From NCBI GenBank assembly GCA_964423965.1, contig CAYRGI010000001.1, positions 15,872-62,891 on the forward strand: a stretch of 47,020 nt of DNA. Direction: 5' to 3'. Shown here in pieces: positions 42,544-47,020 of the stretch. The notes beneath the pieces are model-generated. The model worked only from the letters and a program-made list of their open reading frames with translations, was not told the DNA's origin and ran no database searches. How positions within the stretch are numbered: the stretch's first letter is position 1; every line of letters begins with the position of its first letter. A program made the translations under genes and the position numbers. The DNA is from an uncultured Candidatus Saccharimonadales bacterium. GTDB lineage: Bacteria; Patescibacteriota; Saccharimonadia; UBA4664; SCTI01.

Positions 42544-44817
42544 ATGTTAAAGGTAAGAAAGAGAAAATTCTGGGAGAAAAGTGTTTACTCAGTGTTGGCG
42601 GGTGCTCTAATCCTCGGTCAATCTTCGGGCGCAGTACTAGCTGCAGAGGGGGAGTTGGCAACCGTTCAGCAGGTTGAGCAGCCCACAGAGCCGCAGCCCG
42701 AAGCCGCTCCTCAAACAACAACAGAACCAGTAACCGAAGTTCCTGTAACTGACCCTCAACCGGTTCAACCCGTTGAACCATCTAATTCTCAAGGGCCGAC
42801 ATCAACACCGGGTCCAACAGGGCCTACTGGGCCAACGTCCTCTCCAGGACCTACTTCTCCAACAGGGAAAATACCAAACTATGCCTTTGATGACTCGGCA
42901 GGAAGATGGGTCCCTACGAACACAGCAACTTTTTCATGGAACCCGAAGTCGGGATTATATGAGTCACCTCTATATCGTTACGATCCAGTAGTTGGTTGGT
43001 ATCATGTGATTCCTGGCGCTCAAGCCCAGGCGCTTACTCTGCCTACAAGCGCTCAGGGTGCTCCGGTTGTAGCATCATCAGCTCAGATAAACCCTGCCGC
43101 AGTTCTTGCTTCCATGCTGGGGCTTGCTGGATCAAATTCAAACACCGGTCCAGATTCGCAAAATAGTATAGGAGTAGCAGCTTCAACCGAAGCAATGTTG
43201 AAGAACCTTACAAACGCTCTGATCAACAACATCAGTAACACAGCAGCGATTAGCGGTGATGCAACCGTTGATGGCAACACCAATGCGGGTGACGCCATTA
43301 CAGGTGCAGCGCGAGTAGTTGAGAACCTCTTCAACCTACTAAATGCTGCTTGGTCTTGGGCAAATGGAGGATTATCGTACTTTGCTCAAAATCTTTTTGG
43401 GGATCACTTTGGAGATATCACGATTGACCCACAAAGAGTTGAGGGAGCAGGCGGGCAGTTAGGAAGCTACAACCCGAATACTGGCGCATCTAATACTAAC
43501 ACTGGGCCAGATTCGCAGAATGAAGTAACGCTTGATGGTTCAAGCGATATTACGGTTATCAATCAACCTAACGGAGCAATCAACAATAACCTTAATTTAT
43601 TGGCTCAATCTGGTAACGCAAGCGTCACTAACAACACCAATGCAGGAAATGCTACTTCAGGTATGTCATCTGTTGAGGTGAATATTTTGAATCTTATTAA
43701 CTCTGCAATCAACGCTGGAGATTCGTTCTTCGGTCTTCTTAACATCTTCGGCGATTTTAATGGCGACGTTCTTTTCCCAGATGGTTTCTTGAACAGCGTT
43801 GTTGGCCCGCAGGGCGGGAGTGGTAACTTAAGCGCCGCAAATTCTTACACCGGACCCAATTCTAGCAATGCTATTCAGTTAAACGGTCAGAATAATACAA
43901 ATATAGCTAATAGCCCAAGTGCGTACTTCAATAATAATATCGAGTCAGTAACTCAAAGCGGTAATTCACTAGTAGATGGGAACACATCTGCCGGTTCGAG
44001 TTTGACAGGTAATGCAACTACGGAAAACAACTCATTTAATATATTCAATACCAGCTTAGCCGGCGATAATGCGGTATTAGTCTTGGTTAATGTTATGGGA
44101 CAATGGGTGGGCCATATCATGAATCTTCCATCGGCAAGCGGGTCAACGGGTGCGTTGCTAGCCGGAAATGCGACTTCAAGCAACTCAATGACTGGACCTG
44201 GTTCGGGAAACACTATAGATGGCAACTCAAACACCAATCTCAACATTACAGATAACCCAGTAGGAAGTATTTCTAACAACATTAATGCGGGTGCAATTAG
44301 TGGAAATGCGACCGTTAGCGGTAATACATCCGCCGGAAATGCGACTAGTGGTGATGCTAGTGTTTCTACAAATATTGCCAACATATTTGGCAGTCAATTC
44401 AACTTAAATAGATGGTTCGGAGTACTGGTCATAAACGTTTTTGGTAACTGGACAGGCAGCGTTGCTGATGATACCTCCGCGGGAGAAAGTGCATCTAATC
44501 TGTTGAATTCTCAGCAGCAGAGAACTGCAACGACAAAAGAAACAATTATTCAGACCAATAGTATGTATGATGGGCAAAGAAACAATAGTCAGTTCATAAG
44601 CAATACTGGTGGAAATAGTTCATTACAATCGGGCTCAAATGTTGAGAGTGGTACAACAACCAACCTAACACCCAATGCAGTGTTTGCTGCTGCAACAAAT
44701 AGAAGCCTGGATACTAGACAGGTAGCGGACTCGGCAGGGTTGCTAGCCGGTTTAGCCGCAGCCGCCTTGCTAATGTCGGGCGCCGCAATTCAAATTCGAC
44801 GAAAGTTGATGGTTTAG
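42544..44817 (+). CDS. Large secreted four-module TGP(D/N/G)S repeat protein with a Pro-rich N-terminal stalk and C-terminal membrane anchor
   Basis: It has a signal peptide, a Pro/Thr/Gln stalk (GPTSTPGPTGPTGPTSSPGPTSPTG), four modules of 114-119 aa beginning at aa 201, 320, 436 and 550, and a C-terminal GLLAGLAAAALLMSGAAIQIRRKLMV. Confidence 0.75.
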   Translation: MLKVRKRKFWEKSVYSVLAGALILGQSSGAVLAAEGELATVQQVEQPTEPQPEAAPQTTTEPVTEVPVTDPQPVQPVEPSNSQGPTSTPGPTGPTGPTSSPGPTSPTGKIPNYAFDDSAGRWVPTNTATFSWNPKSGLYESPLYRYDPVVGWYHVIPGAQAQALTLPTSAQGAPVVASSAQINPAAVLASMLGLAGSNSNTGPDSQNSIGVAASTEAMLKNLTNALINNISNTAAISGDATVDGNTNAGDAITGAARVVENLFNLLNAAWSWANGGLSYFAQNLFGDHFGDITIDPQRVEGAGGQLGSYNPNTGASNTNTGPDSQNEVTLDGSSDITVINQPNGAINNNLNLLAQSGNASVTNNTNAGNATSGMSSVEVNILNLINSAINAGDSFFGLLNIFGDFNGDVLFPDGFLNSVVGPQGGSGNLSAANSYTGPNSSNAIQLNGQNNTNIANSPSAYFNNNIESVTQSGNSLVDGNTSAGSSLTGNATTENNSFNIFNTSLAGDNAVLVLVNVMGQWVGHIMNLPSASGSTGALLAGNATSSNSMTGPGSGNTIDGNSNTNLNITDNPVGSISNNINAGAISGNATVSGNTSAGNATSGDASVSTNIANIFGSQFNLNRWFGVLVINVFGNWTGSVADDTSAGESASNLLNSQQQRTATTKETIIQTNSMYDGQRNNSQFISNTGGNSSLQSGSNVESGTTTNLTPNAVFAAATNRSLDTRQVADSAGLLAGLAAAALLMSGAAIQIRRKLMV
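43144..44463 (+). repeat. Four tandem divergent coding repeats (about 345 nt each) inside the 757-aa protein
   Basis: Each unit reads NTGP[DNG]S.N.I ... SGNA.V..NT.AG.A.SG ... [LI].N[LI].N ... N[IV]FG.[WF].G. The repeat is visible at protein level. The DNA copies are too diverged to be recent duplications. Confidence 0.8.
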
Positions 44818-44975
44818 AGTATCCCAAGTACTCAATACCTGCTTTATTACTGACCAAAGTGTAGTTGAATAAAAAAGTTATACGAACATTCGTAATAAAG
44901 GTTTGTTTGTAGCCAATGTTTATAGGTGACACGAAAACCGTTCTTTGCTAGCATAAGCCTAAAAGCGGAGTTAGC

Positions 44976-45842
44976 ATGTACAATCCATATCTGGTTATCC
45001 CATTTGTCGTTTGGATTATCACCCAGTTCTTAAAATTTATTATCGCTGCTGCAGGCGGCAAGTTAGATTTTAGGTATCTTTATGCGTCAGGTGGTATGCC
45101 TAGTGTTCACTCCGCAGTCGTCATATCACTAGCTACAACTGCTTTTCTTGTAGATGGACCGCAGTCGCCGCTATTCGGCATAACGGCAATTTTGGCTGCG
45201 ATTGTTATGTATGACTCATTTGGGGTTCGGCGATCTTCTGGGGAGCAAGCTATGGCTATAAACCTAATTCTAGATAGCTTACAAGAGGACAAGATACCCT
45301 TGCATCAACCTCAATCCCGCTTAAGGGAGCTCCTTGGTCACAAACCGTTGGAGGTTACAGTTGGAGCAGCTCTAGGGTTTGTACTAGCATGTCTCTTCAA
45401 TGTCGATAAACTCGATAATTTTATTAGCAGCATTACCACACCTGTTAGCCAGCAAATGGCGATCGCTATGGGCGGCATCTCAATTATTTTGCTTGTGGGG
45501 GCAATTATTGTGCGAAGCTTATATATGAAGCAGTACAAAAAGGTGCCAGTCGTTGCTAGGGCAATAAAGCAGGCTTTTTGGTTGATGGTAGTTCTTGCGG
45601 GTGTATCTTTAATAGTCGCTTTCTTTGCGTACCAAAAGATTGCCGTTGTAAACTGGCTGCTTTGGCCAATTCTCATAATTTTATTTACACTCGCCATCTT
45701 TGGCTGGCTATTCAACTACTACAGAAAAATTATTCCAAACGTTATTGCTGAGAACATTGTTGAGGAAGACAAGGCCAAGTGGTTTGAGGGCCCAAACAAA
45801 AAGCGTCGGGCAGCTAAGGCGCGCTCCAGAAAAAGAAAATAG
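44976..45842 (+). CDS. Divergent PAP2 / DUF212 (YuiD-like) membrane protein with extra C-terminal TM helices and a basic tail
   Basis: YASGGMPSVHSAVVISLATTAF...IVMYDSFGVRRSSGEQA matches the acid phosphatase / vanadium haloperoxidase-related DUF212 signature as I recall it. The C-terminus is KKRRAAKARSRKRK. Confidence 0.6.
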   Translation: MYNPYLVIPFVVWIITQFLKFIIAAAGGKLDFRYLYASGGMPSVHSAVVISLATTAFLVDGPQSPLFGITAILAAIVMYDSFGVRRSSGEQAMAINLILDSLQEDKIPLHQPQSRLRELLGHKPLEVTVGAALGFVLACLFNVDKLDNFISSITTPVSQQMAIAMGGISIILLVGAIIVRSLYMKQYKKVPVVARAIKQAFWLMVVLAGVSLIVAFFAYQKIAVVNWLLWPILIILFTLAIFGWLFNYYRKIIPNVIAENIVEEDKAKWFEGPNKKRRAAKARSRKRK

Positions 45843-45908
45843 CTCAAACCTATTGCACAGCATAAGCACTATAGTCTATTATTGCTTCTAGAAGCATAAA
45901 AGGCCTTT

Positions 45909-47020
45909 ATGACCGATAAAAAAACCAAATCAAAAGTAGGCGGTACAAGGATTAGGCGAGCGCGTAAGCCGTCCATTATTGCAATTATAGTACTTGCTGT
46001 TATATCTATCGCCATCGCCACATGGTTCATTCTGAAAAGTTTTGCCTATACTGAGGGCTGGATGACATTAAACATGACTACACCAAATGGTGCTGCTGTG
46101 CCAGGGGCGAGTATAACGGTCATGGCGGCAGACTCCAATTATAATGACATGACAACTACATGTAATGGGGTAAATTACCCTCCTGGATCACCTGTTATTA
46201 CTACTGGTTCAAATGGTTCAGGACGCCAGATGTGTATGGTTTCCTCAGCCACTGCGACATCGAAGCTTTATAAGATAAAGGCAATTAATGTACCTAGTGG
46301 CTATGTGCTCGATGGAAACTCTTTGTATGCTAGCACTCCAATTGATTGGGCTCATAATGCATTTGTGCATACACCCGGGGGGACTACTTTCAATTTTAAA
46401 GCAATACCGTCCGGATGTGGTGCTGGCACACAGAATAATCAATGTGCTTCAATTAGTTCATTCTCCGTTAACCCTACGGCAATTCCATATCTTGGTACGG
46501 CAACTTTTAATTGGGATAGTTCGTGGGTGTCTCGTTGTGGGCTTTCGCTGCCAGCTAATTTGAATGTTGCCATTAGCGTTGGTCCAAAAGGTCCTTACAC
46601 AAAAATAAATATTGAAAAAGGGGGTACAGTTACCCTGACATGTACCCCGAGCGCGGGAGGTGCAACTATAGCAGCTCAATTGAACTTGTCCGTCCAGGCC
46701 CCCCCATCAATTACATATTTTAGAGGCGCAACATCGATCGCTTACAATTCTACAACCACACTGTCTTGGGACTCTGCAAATACATCAGGTTGTGCTCTGA
46801 CTGGAGGTCCAGGTGCTCCTGGAGTAGTAGGCGTCAAATCATCATGGACCTCTCCAAAATTAACCCAAGGCACAAACTATCATCTTGAATGCAGCAACTC
46901 AGCTGGTGTTAAAACGGCTTCTCAAACAATAGGCATTACTGTAGGAGGAGCACCACCACCACCTCTTCCCGACGGCTGTGGCCCAGGCACAAAAAACAAT
47001 ACCTGTAAGCCAGGCACCGG
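45909..47020 (+). CDS. Secreted/anchored protein with Ig-like repeats, 3'-truncated by the window end (absent from the supplied ORF track because no stop codon is reached)
   Basis: I translated from the ATG at 45909: MTDKKTKSKVGGTRIRRARKPSIIAIIVLAVISIAIATWFIL... The frame stays open to 47020. Repeated units fit the pattern ..L.W.S.....C.L.........Y.L.C.. (e.g. TTTLSWDSANTSGCALTG...TNYHLECSNSAG). They are separated by GCGAGTQNNQC / GCGPGTKNNTC linkers. Confidence 0.65.
   Translation, partial: MTDKKTKSKVGGTRIRRARKPSIIAIIVLAVISIAIATWFILKSFAYTEGWMTLNMTTPNGAAVPGASITVMAADSNYNDMTTTCNGVNYPPGSPVITTGSNGSGRQMCMVSSATATSKLYKIKAINVPSGYVLDGNSLYASTPIDWAHNAFVHTPGGTTFNFKAIPSGCGAGTQNNQCASISSFSVNPTAIPYLGTATFNWDSSWVSRCGLSLPANLNVAISVGPKGPYTKINIEKGGTVTLTCTPSAGGATIAAQLNLSVQAPPSITYFRGATSIAYNSTTTLSWDSANTSGCALTGGPGAPGVVGVKSSWTSPKLTQGTNYHLECSNSAGVKTASQTIGITVGGAPPPPLPDGCGPGTKNNTCKPGT

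Noticed and set aside
40821-44463. Repetitive Asn/Gly/Ser coding DNA considered as a possible CRISPR or tandem DNA repeat.
   Set aside because: The repeats are visible at protein level only. There are no identical direct DNA repeats with unique spacers, and everything lies within long ORFs that have signal peptides.

Overview
This is a gene-dense bacterial chromosome segment. Spot counts of 60-nt lines give roughly 45-50% GC in core genes. Most genes are on the + strand, and about 90% of the window is coding.

The backbone is housekeeping: smpB, argS, a UvrD-type helicase-nuclease, rmuC, trpS, pheS, pheT, gyrB, gyrA, tRNA-Pro(CGG), and the 3' end of a tmRNA/tRNA-like RNA at the left edge. Envelope functions are of the Gram-positive type: an LCP transferase, an L,D-transpeptidase, an LPXTG surface protein, an S8 protease and a PilB pilus ATPase. 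There are no biosynthetic operons. Many first genes carry a -10 box exactly 6 nt upstream of the ATG, which suggests leaderless mRNAs. This profile fits a reduced-genome Patescibacteria (CPR) organism, possibly Saccharibacteria-like, but that placement is inference only.

No CRISPR array, rRNA, transposase or integrase was seen.

Findings most worth follow-up:
1. A five-gene operon of secreted proteins (39861-44817) built on an uncharacterised Asn/Ser/Gly-rich repeat module (TGPDSxN ... SGNAxV..NTxAGxAxSGxA). It is a candidate surface-fibre system.
2. An ORF-free locus of about 500 nt between trpS and pheS (22381-22925) with its own promoter, many perfect hairpins and an intrinsic terminator. 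It is a candidate large structured ncRNA that I could not assign to any family.
3. A modestly GC-richer block (about 63-3460) directly downstream of the tmRNA-like 3' end. It encodes unknown proteins and a divergent EndoIII-like Fe-S glycosylase.
4. A membrane-anchored Clp/Hsp100 ATPase.
5. A TraG/VirD4/HerA-like ATPase with a Pro/Gln-rich tail of about 555 aa.
6. An isolated sensor-less GGDEF gene.

All functional calls come from motifs read by eye in the supplied translations. No database search was run.
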